DNA from: Candidatus Omnitrophota bacterium
GTDB lineage: Bacteria > Ratteibacteria > UBA8468 > B48-G9 > DTJG01
Direction: 5' to 3'
Length of the DNA: 64,000 nt
Assembly (NCBI GenBank): GCA_023819255.1
Contig: JAMWBU010000006.1
Location: 2,902 to 66,901 of the forward strand
Below the pieces are notes generated by a model. It did no database searches, was not told the DNA's origin, and worked only from the letters and a program-made list of their open reading frames with translations. Below are positions 36,356-45,978 of the stretch, in pieces. A program made the translations under genes and the position numbers. Every line of letters begins with the position of its first letter. Position 1 is the first letter of the stretch.

Positions 36356-38664
36356 AATCGTCTCCTTTCTATAATCTTATTTTTATGGCGGTCATAGATT
36401 ATCCTGTATCTCGTTTCTGCTTTTATTTCTTTGCCTTCTATTATACCATCGTTATTACTATCCTGCACTTTCTGGGATACAACAAGAATCCTGAATACAT
36501 TTGCCCTTACTGTGATAAGATTGATAATTTTAGAAATGACAAGCTCTTTTTCATCTTCTGTGTCAATCCAGCGATTTTCATTATCGTCGAGAGAATTTCT
36601 GCCATACCTGGTAATTACCTGTTTCAGCAATGAGCCGGGTTTACCCACAATATCGGATATATCCCTGAATGGTCTTTCATTTATTATTTGTCTTGCAATG
36701 TCTGTATCCACAAGAGGCAGGCATTGGAGAACAAAGGGTGATGCTGTATTTATATTAATCCTGCCATATACAGGTTTTTCAACTTCCTCTGCGACAGTGA
36801 ACACATCAAGCAATTTTTTATCTTCGCCTTTCCACATATTCAGTGTTTTCCACTGAGTTCCTTTATGAATAAAAGAAAGCTCGGCTGGATTTGAAAACGG
36901 ATTGTTTTTTATTATGAAGGAGGCAGGCCACTGAAAGACCTGAAAGGTCTCAAATTCACCTCCGGAACAGGGGTTGAAACTGAGATTAAATTTTCCTGGA
37001 GTTTCAGGCAGCGAAAACCACTGGTTAACCCTGGGATCGTTTTTCTGTCTTGATAGTTTACCGGGTTTTTCTTTTCCATAATCTAGCTGTTCTATCAAAT
37101 TGCCATTCTGGTTCAATAAATACATATTCCCACTGAATGCGAAATCTATTCCGAAAACTCTGGCAATAATAGAAAACATTTCTTTAAGTATCGGAAAATC
37201 AAAATTCATAAAAAGAATGGGTTCAAACTGGTCGGCATTTGACGGACTTTTTACTGGTATCAGAAATGGAATTACAACTGGTCCGGCTGGAGTAATTTTG
37301 ATAAAAATTTTCCATTTTATGGAGTCTCCGATCAGATAATATGAACGTGGGTTCAATTTTGTGCCATCTGGAATCCTTATTGAATTGAGAGTAAGGGACT
37401 CCCAGAAATTTTTCATATGCTGCATGTCCGGTGTTTTTTCATTGTCGATTTCATCAAGGGTGTCTTCAGATTTTTTGTTAAAATCGTTTATGTCAATTTT
37501 GGGCAGCAGTACCATTCCACCTTTTATAAGCCAGCCACCTATGTCAATTGTTTCATCGTATGGATTAAAAATTTCTATAAAATGCGGTCCAAGTTCTTCA
37601 ATTATCGTAACAGAGCCAATTGTTTTTATGCTTAGCTCAGGAGCTGGTTTTACTTCATTGATATATGGTGTTTTTTCCAGACCGATGAATTGTTCACCTT
37701 CTGCGGTTTTTACAACAGTGGGAATGCTGTCTTTATCGCGATAATCAACTGCGTTTACGGCTATCTGAATGGCTTGGTTCTGTTTATAACCGAGTGATAT
37801 CAAAATTGACGCAATTTGAGAAGCGCTTGCTTTATTTATGTTTGTTCTTAAATAATTTTCCGAATCAATGTTTAAATCATAGCTGTGGCAGGTGATAGAA
37901 TTTTTGATTTTTTTGAAAAAATCCTCCTTCATTCCATAGACCATTTTTATGTCTTCAATCGTAAAAAAAGGTCTGTCATCACCACGTGGTTTATTATGAT
38001 TGAACTCATCTTCTTCATCGATTCCTTCATCTTGTTCATCAATGGTGCCATCGCCATCATTGTCAATCCCATCATTTGAGATAGTTTGGTTATCATTATC
38101 ATCGTCCTGATTTGCTTTACCGGGTTTCAAATTTTCGCCTCTTCTGAATTGCACAATATGTCTGTGAAATTTCGGGAAAAGGCCAATTTCAAAACTTGTC
38201 CAGCCTTCATTGAATGAATGCTGGTTGTTTTTTGAAAGATTTCCTGCGTAATTCAGGTTTAAAGATCCTGATTCGTCTGCCACAAGCACCGCGTATCTTC
38301 CGACAATTTTATTTTTGAAGTTTCTAACATAAAAGAACCTGCTTTCGCAGATGCCGTCTCCATCAATATCCACATCGTCGCCGGCAAATTTCTGGTGCCA
38401 CTGCTGGTCGTATCCGTCGTAATTATCTGTGTCGTTTTTAATTTCCCATATTGCCTGTTCTATTCCTATCTTTGCGGCATGGTCGGAAAAAACCGTTGAA
38501 AACATAAGAAACGAGGATTTTTCCCACTGGCCGAATATGAGTAGAAGTCCCATTGTTATGACAAATAAAAGCAGTATTATCCCGATAGCAAAAATTAACG
38601 CGTCTCCTTTATCTGTCCATCCAGATTTCTTCTTCAAATGCCTTTTCAATATCTTTTCCCTCAA
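36352..38664 (-). CDS. giant GspK/PilX-like minor pseudopilin (770 aa) with acidic Ca-binding-like insert and C-terminal HhH motif
   Basis: Non-ATG (TTG) start. N-terminal KGDALIFAIGIILLL is a prepilin-like hydrophobic helix lacking Glu5. DNDGDGTIDEQDEGIDEEDE acidic loop. ININTASPFVLQCLPLVDTDIARQIINERPF helix-hairpin-helix as in GspK. Confidence 0.5.
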   Translation of the reverse strand: MREKILKRHLKKKSGWTDKGDALIFAIGIILLLFVITMGLLLIFGQWEKSSFLMFSTVFSDHAAKIGIEQAIWEIKNDTDNYDGYDQQWHQKFAGDDVDIDGDGICESRFFYVRNFKNKIVGRYAVLVADESGSLNLNYAGNLSKNNQHSFNEGWTSFEIGLFPKFHRHIVQFRRGENLKPGKANQDDDNDNQTISNDGIDNDGDGTIDEQDEGIDEEDEFNHNKPRGDDRPFFTIEDIKMVYGMKEDFFKKIKNSITCHSYDLNIDSENYLRTNINKASASQIASILISLGYKQNQAIQIAVNAVDYRDKDSIPTVVKTAEGEQFIGLEKTPYINEVKPAPELSIKTIGSVTIIEELGPHFIEIFNPYDETIDIGGWLIKGGMVLLPKIDINDFNKKSEDTLDEIDNEKTPDMQHMKNFWESLTLNSIRIPDGTKLNPRSYYLIGDSIKWKIFIKITPAGPVVIPFLIPVKSPSNADQFEPILFMNFDFPILKEMFSIIARVFGIDFAFSGNMYLLNQNGNLIEQLDYGKEKPGKLSRQKNDPRVNQWFSLPETPGKFNLSFNPCSGGEFETFQVFQWPASFIIKNNPFSNPAELSFIHKGTQWKTLNMWKGEDKKLLDVFTVAEEVEKPVYGRININTASPFVLQCLPLVDTDIARQIINERPFRDISDIVGKPGSLLKQVITRYGRNSLDDNENRWIDTEDEKELVISKIINLITVRANVFRILVVSQKVQDSNNDGIIEGKEIKAETRYRIIYDRHKNKIIERRRL

Positions 38665-39283
38665 ATTTTCTTGTTTTCAAAACAAAAAATACTTTAATCT
38701 TGTCCGGCAATTTAGCACGACCAATTTGATTTTGCGTATTCCAGGATTTTTCCCATGTGTTCCCATCCCAATATAAAAATGAAAACGTTTTTACATTTTC
38801 AACCAGTGGTTGGCTGCCAGAAAACCCGGAATCAAAAGCATAGGTTTTCATTTTTCTGTCAAGCCTTTCAAACGATAATTTTATCTCATCGCCATCAAAA
38901 TATATTCCATACTTTCCAATATCTGAACCACTACCAGGCGCGTAAGGTGCAACATATTTTATTGCTGTTTCTGTTCCAATGAAGTCAATTCTAAAAGGCC
39001 CTTCAATATCCTGAATTATTGCTTCCTTCAGTGAGCGTCTTAAGAAAAAAGTAAAATCTCTTGCCGAAGCTATCATTGTTTTTTCTGCTGCTTGTTTTGT
39101 TGCTCTAAGGGTAATACTGGAAAAAATCATAACTCCTGAAATAAAAACAACAACCATAACAACCATTGTAATGAGGATTTCAACAAGGGAAAAAGCCCTT
39201 TTATCTTTGATGCAGGGCTGTAACAAAATCCTGGGTATACTTTTTCCCTTCGTAAGTTTTTGTAAGTTTAATATGAACCTCAT
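38609..39283 (-). CDS. prepilin-type N-terminal domain protein (GspJ/PilW-like), long leader
   Basis: Strong SD (AAGGAG, spacing 7) before the ATG at 39283. KRAFSLVEIL prepilin motif lies 29 aa in. The track ORF extends to 39448. Start uncertain, with a TTG alternative at 39226. Confidence 0.45.
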   Translation of the reverse strand: MRFILNLQKLTKGKSIPRILLQPCIKDKRAFSLVEILITMVVMVVVFISGVMIFSSITLRATKQAAEKTMIASARDFTFFLRRSLKEAIIQDIEGPFRIDFIGTETAIKYVAPYAPGSGSDIGKYGIYFDGDEIKLSFERLDRKMKTYAFDSGFSGSQPLVENVKTFSFLYWDGNTWEKSWNTQNQIGRAKLPDKIKVFFVLKTRKFEGKDIEKAFEEEIWMDR

Positions 39284-39563
39284 AGAGGTGCTCCTTAATC
39301 TGCTTAAAAGATATATCATAATATAAATTTGAAAATCCAGGCATCTTGCCCTTGATATTTTCAGGAACAGCGATGCCATAATGGCTAAATTCTTCCTGTA
39401 TTTTATCACTAAGAATTTCGGCTGCGATTGCAAAATCCTGAAAATCACTGGCTCTTCTGTAAAGTTTTTCTGTGTTCTGCACGACCATCAAGACGCATGA
39501 GATGCCAAGAATGATAATAATTGTTGCCACAAGGACAGAAATTAAGGAAAATCCTCTATTCAT
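39201..39563 (-). CDS. small pseudopilin (GspI/PilV-like, Ser at +5)
   Basis: MNRGFSLISVLVATIIIIL. 120 aa. Confidence 0.5.
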   Translation of the reverse strand: MNRGFSLISVLVATIIIILGISCVLMVVQNTEKLYRRASDFQDFAIAAEILSDKIQEEFSHYGIAVPENIKGKMPGFSNLYYDISFKQIKEHLYEVHIKLTKTYEGKKYTQDFVTALHQR

Positions 39564-40008
39564 TCTTTTCTATTTTTGTCTTACCGGTGAGATTGTAGAG
39601 AACAATCTTTGCTGTTTTTTTGCTTGATGTGTCCTGAAGAACTAAATAACCTGCCTGCCTTGCAGTGCCCTGCGGTAAAAATTCAGCAGGTGAAAAACCG
39701 TCGGTTTTTTCTTTAATGATGATAAACTGCGGAAGTTTAATTACTTTTCCAACCAGTGTTCCATCAATCCTGTAGATTCCATATGAGTTGTTTCCAAAGA
39801 AAACACGAAAGTTTTGTTTTTCCGCTATTGCGTAGTATCTTGCAGTTTGAAGGGTTTCACAGATGCTTTTGCATGCATTATCAAGGTTGATTCTACTAAT
39901 TGCTTTGTGAGGGAAAAAAACAGAAAAACCAATGAGCAAGCCAATAATCACAACAACAACAAGAATTTCAATAAGGGTGATTCCTTTTTTACCAGTTTCC
40001 GATGTCAT
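39556..40008 (-). CDS. prepilin-type pseudopilin (GspH/FimT-like)
   Basis: MTSETGKKG|ITLIEILVVVVIIGLL, canonical E5. The track ORF extends to 40140 and would overlap the upstream gene by 152 nt. Confidence 0.5.
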   Translation of the reverse strand: MTSETGKKGITLIEILVVVVIIGLLIGFSVFFPHKAISRINLDNACKSICETLQTARYYAIAEKQNFRVFFGNNSYGIYRIDGTLVGKVIKLPQFIIIKEKTDGFSPAEFLPQGTARQAGYLVLQDTSSKKTAKIVLYNLTGKTKIEKNE

Positions 40009-40426
40009 CTTTTGTATTAGTTTTTCTGTCAGGACCATTGGAAAAAATGACAAATGGAACACTGTCTTTTTGTGTTTGTGGATAGATGTAAAAAATCGGG
40101 TTTCCCCAGGTGTCAATAATATTTTTGTTTTCATCGACATCTGCCTGCTTAAATCTCATATATGGACCTTTCCAGTTCTCGTCATCCACTGGTCCCATCA
40201 AAGCTTCAAAAAGAATTGTGCTTGAGCCAGTACTTTCAGGATAATCGCCCATATCTGTTTGATACATAAATAGGGCTGTTTCGATTGAAGCAATTATGCT
40301 TTTTGTTTTTAAAATGGCTGCTTTATTTCGCGCCTTTCTCACAGCTGGCATAGATATAGCGGCGATTGCTGATATTATCACCAGTACAACAAGAATTTCA
40401 ATGAGAGTAAATCCAGTTTTCTTCAT
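39989..40426 (-). CDS. GspG/PulG-like major pseudopilin
   Basis: MKKTGFTLIEILVVLVIISAIAAI and C-terminal FSNGPD...DDIGNW, the GspG-type tail. Confidence 0.65.
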   Translation of the reverse strand: MKKTGFTLIEILVVLVIISAIAAISMPAVRKARNKAAILKTKSIIASIETALFMYQTDMGDYPESTGSSTILFEALMGPVDDENWKGPYMRFKQADVDENKNIIDTWGNPIFYIYPQTQKDSVPFVIFSNGPDRKTNTKDDIGNW

Positions 40427-40529
40427 TTTTTCTTTTCTTTTTTCTGCCCAAAATCCTGTCTGTTCCCTTTATAAAAGGAGTAAATGCGAGGAAAATTAAA
40501 AACTGTAGGACATTTTTTTGCGTTCATCC

Positions 40530-41159
40530 TTAGAATGGGAGTTTGTTCTTAATCCTTGCAAGAATTGTTGTGGTAATGACCGGTCTTGTTTTCAAAGATG
40601 GATCAGTTGTTTTGCCTTTCAATGTAATTTTTACAGCGACGCAGGTATCAGGTAAAACTTCTGAATTTATTTCATGCAATCCTGAGTTTGTTTGTCCGTA
40701 ATAGGTAAATCCACTTCCAGAATCCAGCACTATGGATTTGTTTGCGTCAATCAGTTTCCACAGGCCAGAGTTTCTCGCCGGAGTGCCAGCTGAATTTGAT
40801 TTTGCCTGCCACAATGTTGTGTCTGTGGTTATTTCAGAATTCATTCCAGGTGAAATCAGATAAAACACTGTTTCTCCTTTTGTTCTGTCGTAAAAGGCCA
40901 GTTCATAAAAAGCATTTTGCGGGTCATTTTTTATATTATGCGCAAACTCAAGCCCGATTGTATTCCTGGAACCATAGGAAATTTCTGTTATCATTGAGTT
41001 CAATGTGTTTTGAACCTCATTTTGATATGTAATCAGTTTTCGCAGTCGCGCAGCGCGCGCATAAAGGTAAGCAGACAGCCCAACAATAATCACAAGAAGC
41101 GCAAGCGCAACAAGCAGTTCAAGTAGTGTGAACCCTGATTTAAGTCTGTTTTTTTTCAT
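40530..41159 (-). CDS. prepilin-type N-terminal cleavage/methylation domain protein
   Basis: KSGFTLLELLVALALLVIIV. Confidence 0.6.
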   Translation of the reverse strand: MKKNRLKSGFTLLELLVALALLVIIVGLSAYLYARAARLRKLITYQNEVQNTLNSMITEISYGSRNTIGLEFAHNIKNDPQNAFYELAFYDRTKGETVFYLISPGMNSEITTDTTLWQAKSNSAGTPARNSGLWKLIDANKSIVLDSGSGFTYYGQTNSGLHEINSEVLPDTCVAVKITLKGKTTDPSLKTRPVITTTILARIKNKLPF

Positions 41160-41611
41160 CAGTATATCCCGTTTCTTGTGATATAAACAGGCATTGCAAT
41201 CAATGGGTAATCATCTTTGATTCTTCTTATTTCTATCTTTATTTTTCGTAAAGCCACCTGATCTATTTCGGTATCGCTTGCTTCGCTGCCATCATATTTA
41301 TACCATACGCAACCCATCAGGACTTTGTAATATGGATCTAAACTTGAAACCTGGTATGAATTGTCAAATTCATCGTTTTCTCCCATCTTTTTTGGGAATT
41401 CTGATTGCCTATCAGAACAAACAGGAGGAAAATCGATTGTTTTTACAATCTCAATATGATACTGGGCGATTGCTGAAGCGATAAGTATCTCATTTGATTT
41501 TTTCATAATATTCAGATTCCCCGCAATAATCAATAGACCTGTTCCAATAACAATCGTCAGCAGAAATACTGCCACCACAAGTTCAAGAACGGAAAAACCC
41601 TTTTTTACCAT
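41159..41611 (-). CDS. prepilin-type N-terminal cleavage/methylation domain protein
   Basis: MVKKGFSVLELVVAVFLLTIVIG. Confidence 0.6.
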   Translation of the reverse strand: MVKKGFSVLELVVAVFLLTIVIGTGLLIIAGNLNIMKKSNEILIASAIAQYHIEIVKTIDFPPVCSDRQSEFPKKMGENDEFDNSYQVSSLDPYYKVLMGCVWYKYDGSEASDTEIDQVALRKIKIEIRRIKDDYPLIAMPVYITRNGIY

Positions 41612-43344
41612 TGTATTTTCCAGTTAACTGGAAGATAAATTCTTCTTCCGCCTGTAAATCCTGAATAAATCCGGATTCTATCAATATCAAGCGCGTTTTT
41701 ATCATAGGTAAGGGTTCCATTGTTTAGGTTAACTGTGCCATTTGCAACAAGGCACCCATTTATAAATGTATTTGCATTGTTTAATGTGATATTTCCTGCT
41801 GATGCACCATAAGAATAAACAAGTCCAGGGATTCTCGCATAATAAGAAGTGCTCCCAATATCTATTGTTGCAGAACTGCCTGTTGAATAAGCCACTATTG
41901 TCGCTTTATCACCAAGCCCTGTAATTGGATTTGAAATAAAATCGACGTTTCCGGTTGATGCTATGTGCACCTCTATTGGTTGATTTTGAGATAATAGCAA
42001 AAACGCGTAATTTTGATTGCTTCCAAGCGTAATTGAAGGAGTTGAATTTAGAGTGAATGGGGCTCTTGAAGGTGAATAAAGGACGATAGCAGCAGGTTTT
42101 GCGCTGCTTGAGGCATCAATGGTCAGATTAGGGGCGTTAATTGTTAGTGATGTGTTTGTGATAAGAGCGCCGTTTATTGTAATATTGGAATGATTTATTG
42201 TAAAAGTTCCATCACCGTTGTAATCATAGACAATCAGGTCTGAATTAGAAAATGTTGTGTTTGGATGGATGATCATTGTTCTCTTTCCATCTCCATTAAC
42301 ATCTGCTTCAAAAAGCGCATTCTGTAAAAGGTTAATACTTCCTTTGAAAACAATGTCTCCATCAGCAAGGACAGAATTAACAACATAAACCGTTGATGAT
42401 GTTCCGTCAAAACAAGCACCACCGCTTCTGCCCGAGCTTGCTCTGACATAGATTTTTCTGTTTCCTGGTGGAGTGTAGCTAGTGAATGTAAATGTTTCTG
42501 TTGTTGTTTCATCTGAAGTATAAGAAACACCTGGTGGCAGTGGCGTGTTCCAGGAACCACCATCAATCCTGTATCTTGGTTGACCTTCTTCCCCCTGAAA
42601 CTCAATCCAGCCCGAGCCTGCTGGGTCTGGCGGTCGGGTTTCAAATGGTAGATATGGAACAATTGGCTTTGGCAATGAGATACTTGTTTGTGTCCATGTT
42701 GCATCAGTCCATCCAGCAGGCCATAAAGCTGGTCTGGCTGAATTTGTTGCGATATTTCCTTTTACTTTTGCGTCTGTGTCTGAAACAGTATTAGCATAGA
42801 TCACATGCTTGTTGAACGCTTCAGGAACGCCTTTTGTATCAAGATCCGTAATATCTGCCAGAGGCAAACCAAGATTCATATTCCCATCGCTTAAGGTTCT
42901 TATTCCAGCAGCAATCATCACTTTTCTTCCGCGATATTTTCCAGTTGCAACAAGTGTATCAGGATAGGTGCCATCGTTGATGAAAAGTTGAATTGTTACT
43001 CCATCGTTTGCAGATGCCTGCGTCAATCCAAGTTCAGCGGCTTTCAGGGTATATGTATAGATATCACCATTATTTGGAACTCCATCGGCCAGAGTCAGGC
43101 ATTCTCCATCTGGTCTGAATCCATAATAGTGTCCTGGATCATGATACCTGTAGTTCAATTTGTATAAGGCGTCAGCAATACCAAGATGAGCAAGATTAAA
43201 GGCAATATTTCGGTCCCTCAAATATGTGGACCTTCTATATGCAGTTGTGCTTGTCAGGACAACAGAAAGAATGATTGCTGAAAAAAGTAAAATAAGTATG
43301 ATGACGATTACGAGCGCAACTCCGTTTCTGTTTTTTTTGTTCAT
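41605..43344 (-). CDS. 579-aa PilX/GspK-like pilus-tip protein with beta-helix-like repeat body
   Basis: MNKKNRNGVALVIVIILILL (no Glu5). Body rich in short N/T/G-containing repeats (ITINGALITNTSLTINAPNLTIDASS), suggesting a parallel beta-helix adhesin. Confidence 0.45.
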   Translation of the reverse strand: MNKKNRNGVALVIVIILILLFSAIILSVVLTSTTAYRRSTYLRDRNIAFNLAHLGIADALYKLNYRYHDPGHYYGFRPDGECLTLADGVPNNGDIYTYTLKAAELGLTQASANDGVTIQLFINDGTYPDTLVATGKYRGRKVMIAAGIRTLSDGNMNLGLPLADITDLDTKGVPEAFNKHVIYANTVSDTDAKVKGNIATNSARPALWPAGWTDATWTQTSISLPKPIVPYLPFETRPPDPAGSGWIEFQGEEGQPRYRIDGGSWNTPLPPGVSYTSDETTTETFTFTSYTPPGNRKIYVRASSGRSGGACFDGTSSTVYVVNSVLADGDIVFKGSINLLQNALFEADVNGDGKRTMIIHPNTTFSNSDLIVYDYNGDGTFTINHSNITINGALITNTSLTINAPNLTIDASSSAKPAAIVLYSPSRAPFTLNSTPSITLGSNQNYAFLLLSQNQPIEVHIASTGNVDFISNPITGLGDKATIVAYSTGSSATIDIGSTSYYARIPGLVYSYGASAGNITLNNANTFINGCLVANGTVNLNNGTLTYDKNALDIDRIRIYSGFTGGRRIYLPVNWKIQW

Positions 43345-43934
43345 CTGAATACATAAACAATGTCATCTGACTTTACCCGCGCTTGCTTATCCCCGGCATT
43401 TGTTTGTATCTTTCCATCCGGACCTGCTGAATAGATTATCATTACCTTATCAGATTGATTATAGGCAACAAGGTATGGATGACCCCAGGGGTCTAAAGGT
43501 GTTCCATACAAGTCTGTTGCAACAAGAGACCAGCTTGTTTCTTCATCAATCGCAGGCAGGCTTCCTCTGCTTGCGCTGAAAACTGAACCTTCCTGAAAAA
43601 CCTGATAGGGTCCATCCCATGGATGACCACTAGTAAGTGGGCTTGTTGTGCTGGTATCATCGTCAGTGCCATTAAAATAAACATAGGTCTGGGTCTTGTC
43701 ATCATACTTTAACGGAAGCGTAGCGTCTGAAAGATCGCATATCCTCACATAGTAACCAATATCGTTTTTCGCGGTAATTATAGCGCTTGCAATTGCAGCC
43801 ATTTCATTTTTTGCTCTGTCTATTGCTGCTTTTGCTCTTGCTTTTCTTAATGCAGGCAGCAACATCGCAGCAAGCATTGCAATAATAACCATTACCACAA
43901 GAAGTTCAATTACAGTAAAACCTTTTCTTTTCAT
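43341..43934 (-). CDS. GspG-like pseudopilin
   Basis: Start set at MKRKGFTVIELLVVMVIIAML, so the track ORF's extra 25 codons are dropped. C-terminal IIYSAGPDGKIQTN. Confidence 0.6.
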   Translation of the reverse strand: MKRKGFTVIELLVVMVIIAMLAAMLLPALRKARAKAAIDRAKNEMAAIASAIITAKNDIGYYVRICDLSDATLPLKYDDKTQTYVYFNGTDDDTSTTSPLTSGHPWDGPYQVFQEGSVFSASRGSLPAIDEETSWSLVATDLYGTPLDPWGHPYLVAYNQSDKVMIIYSAGPDGKIQTNAGDKQARVKSDDIVYVFR

Positions 43935-43935
43935 T

Positions 43936-44598
43936 TTATTGCCCCCATTCAGATTCAACACCATCCGCTTTAATATCAATGTTCCGGCCATCTTGGGTGC
44001 AGGCAACATTCACACCACTTGCTGGTCCGTTGGAACCTTTATAATAAACAACCTTTGCCTTAAGAACCCACATTGCAGAGCCATCAAGATACTGGACATT
44101 AATTCCATCTTTATGATTTCCGTATTTGAGTCTAGGATCCACGAAAATACCATTGTCGCTTATTACTGGAACAGGATTTGGGCAATTGTTTCCTGTCGTT
44201 AGTCCAAAAACAAAAGAGTAAGAATCGTTCCAGTTATTTTCATTAATGGTGTCCGGCGGTCTTACACCTCTTGATATTGTCGATGGACACCAGAATGTAT
44301 GCGGGGTTTTAATGTAATTAGGGTAGATTCCATCATATATGCTATAGGCAACTATCTCAGGGGGATCAGGGGGATAAGGGGGATTATATTTATAGTAAGC
44401 TACTGGATACCTTTCAAAAAAATCTTCAGAATACATTTCAAAAGCAGCCATAATCTGCTTCAGGTTATTGATGCAGGTTGTTCTTCTTGCTCTTTCCCTT
44501 GCTCCAACAAGAGCCGGCAAGAGCATCGCAGCCAGTATTCCTATTATTGCAATGACTATGAGCACTTCGATAAGCGTAAATCCATCTTTTTTTCGCAT
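43936..44598 (-). CDS. prepilin N-terminal domain protein of the H-X9-DG (DUF1559) class
   Basis: [30 protein letters not shown]...[10 protein letters not shown] and C-terminal [12 protein letters not shown]. Confidence 0.65.
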   Translation of the reverse strand: MRKKDGFTLIEVLIVIAIIGILAAMLLPALVGARERARRTTCINNLKQIMAAFEMYSEDFFERYPVAYYKYNPPYPPDPPEIVAYSIYDGIYPNYIKTPHTFWCPSTISRGVRPPDTINENNWNDSYSFVFGLTTGNNCPNPVPVISDNGIFVDPRLKYGNHKDGINVQYLDGSAMWVLKAKVVYYKGSNGPASGVNVACTQDGRNIDIKADGVESEWGQ

Positions 44599-45911
44599 TA
44601 TTCACCTCCTCCGCCGCCTCCTGAGCCGCCGGACAAACTCAGGGCTATTTTTATAAGTGGCATAAACAGCGAAATGACTATAAATCCGACAACAACTCCG
44701 AGACAAACAATCAATATCGGTTCAAGCATAGAAGTCATCGCAGCCACAGCAGCGTCAACTTCTGCTTCGTATGCGTCAGCGACTTTTTCAAGCATAGCAT
44801 CCATAGCACCTGTTTCTTCTCCAACCGCAATCATATTTGTAACCATCGGCGGAAAAGCATGTGTTCTCATCATAATGCCTGAGATGCCCTCTCCTTCTCG
44901 GACACGATTGCGAATTTCGTTGATGGCATTGGCAATGACTTCATTGCCAACAGTGTCCCTGACAATTTGAAGTGACTGAAGTATTGGCACGCCGCTGGTT
45001 ATAAGGGTGGCAAATGTTCTTGCAAAGCGCGCTACAATGGTTTTTGAAATCACAGGTCCAAATATAAACAACTTCAGTTTTATCTTGTCGATCAGATATT
45101 TGGTAAATTTTATTTTGTTTGCCACCTTGTATAGAATCGCAAGGGCAAAAATGAAAGCGATTATAAGATAAGACCTTTCAGCCATAAGCTTTGACATTTT
45201 GATAAGAAGCACTGTTGTGGGTGGTAGATCCCCGACTTCCATATCTTCAAAAATTTTTGTGAAAGTCGGCACGATTTTAACCATGATGAATGTTAAAATG
45301 CCAATCATAACAACGATCACAACAGAAGGATATGCCATCGCTGATTTTATTTTTCCTTTCAGTTTTGCCTCTTTTTCCATAAACTCTGCAAGACGACTCA
45401 GCACAGATTCAAGGGCTCCACCTGCTTCACCGGCCTTTACCATAGCAACATAGATTCTGGGGAAACTTGAAGGAAACTTGGCAAGCGCTTCAGAAAAAAG
45501 CGCTCCCTGTTCAATTTCACTCGCGACCCTGTTAAGAACCTTTGCCGCTCCACCTTTTCTTTGCTGTTCGAGCACTTTCAAGGCTCTTAACAATGGAAGA
45601 CCTGAACCAATGAGAGTGGCAAGCTGCCGGGTGACAATCATTAGTTCTTTTGGTTTTATTCTGGATCCGCCAAGAAATGGCAGATTTATGTTTATTCCGC
45701 CAGCGGCTTTCTTTTTTGCAGGGGCTTTTTGCGCCTGTTTTGCTGCTGGCGCGGATTTTGGCGCGGCAGCGGTTTTCCCGGAACTTATGTTTGTGACATA
45801 ATATCCCATTGTTTTCAGTTTTCCTATGGCGTCCTGAGAATTTGCTGCTTCTATCGCGCCGCTGACTGTTTTGCCTGTTCCGTCCAGAGCCGTGTAATTG
45901 AAATTTGCCAT
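44598..45911 (-). CDS. pilC: type II secretion / type IV pilus platform protein (GspF/PilC family)
   Basis: Two T2SSF repeats, 3-4 TM helices, and an unusual C-terminal [11 protein letters not shown] tail. Confidence 0.8.
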   Translation of the reverse strand: MANFNYTALDGTGKTVSGAIEAANSQDAIGKLKTMGYYVTNISSGKTAAAPKSAPAAKQAQKAPAKKKAAGGININLPFLGGSRIKPKELMIVTRQLATLIGSGLPLLRALKVLEQQRKGGAAKVLNRVASEIEQGALFSEALAKFPSSFPRIYVAMVKAGEAGGALESVLSRLAEFMEKEAKLKGKIKSAMAYPSVVIVVMIGILTFIMVKIVPTFTKIFEDMEVGDLPPTTVLLIKMSKLMAERSYLIIAFIFALAILYKVANKIKFTKYLIDKIKLKLFIFGPVISKTIVARFARTFATLITSGVPILQSLQIVRDTVGNEVIANAINEIRNRVREGEGISGIMMRTHAFPPMVTNMIAVGEETGAMDAMLEKVADAYEAEVDAAVAAMTSMLEPILIVCLGVVVGFIVISLFMPLIKIALSLSGGSGGGGGGE

Positions 45912-45978
45912 CTTTTTTTGTCCCTTTTCTCTATTATAATACCCTGCAATTTCTGTTCAGTAAAGCCCGCATTTTTTA

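Noticed and set aside
44299-44970. 223-aa plus-strand ORF
   Set aside because: Antisense shadow of pilC and the H-X9-DG pilin gene. Low-complexity translation ([10 protein letters not shown]), no start context.
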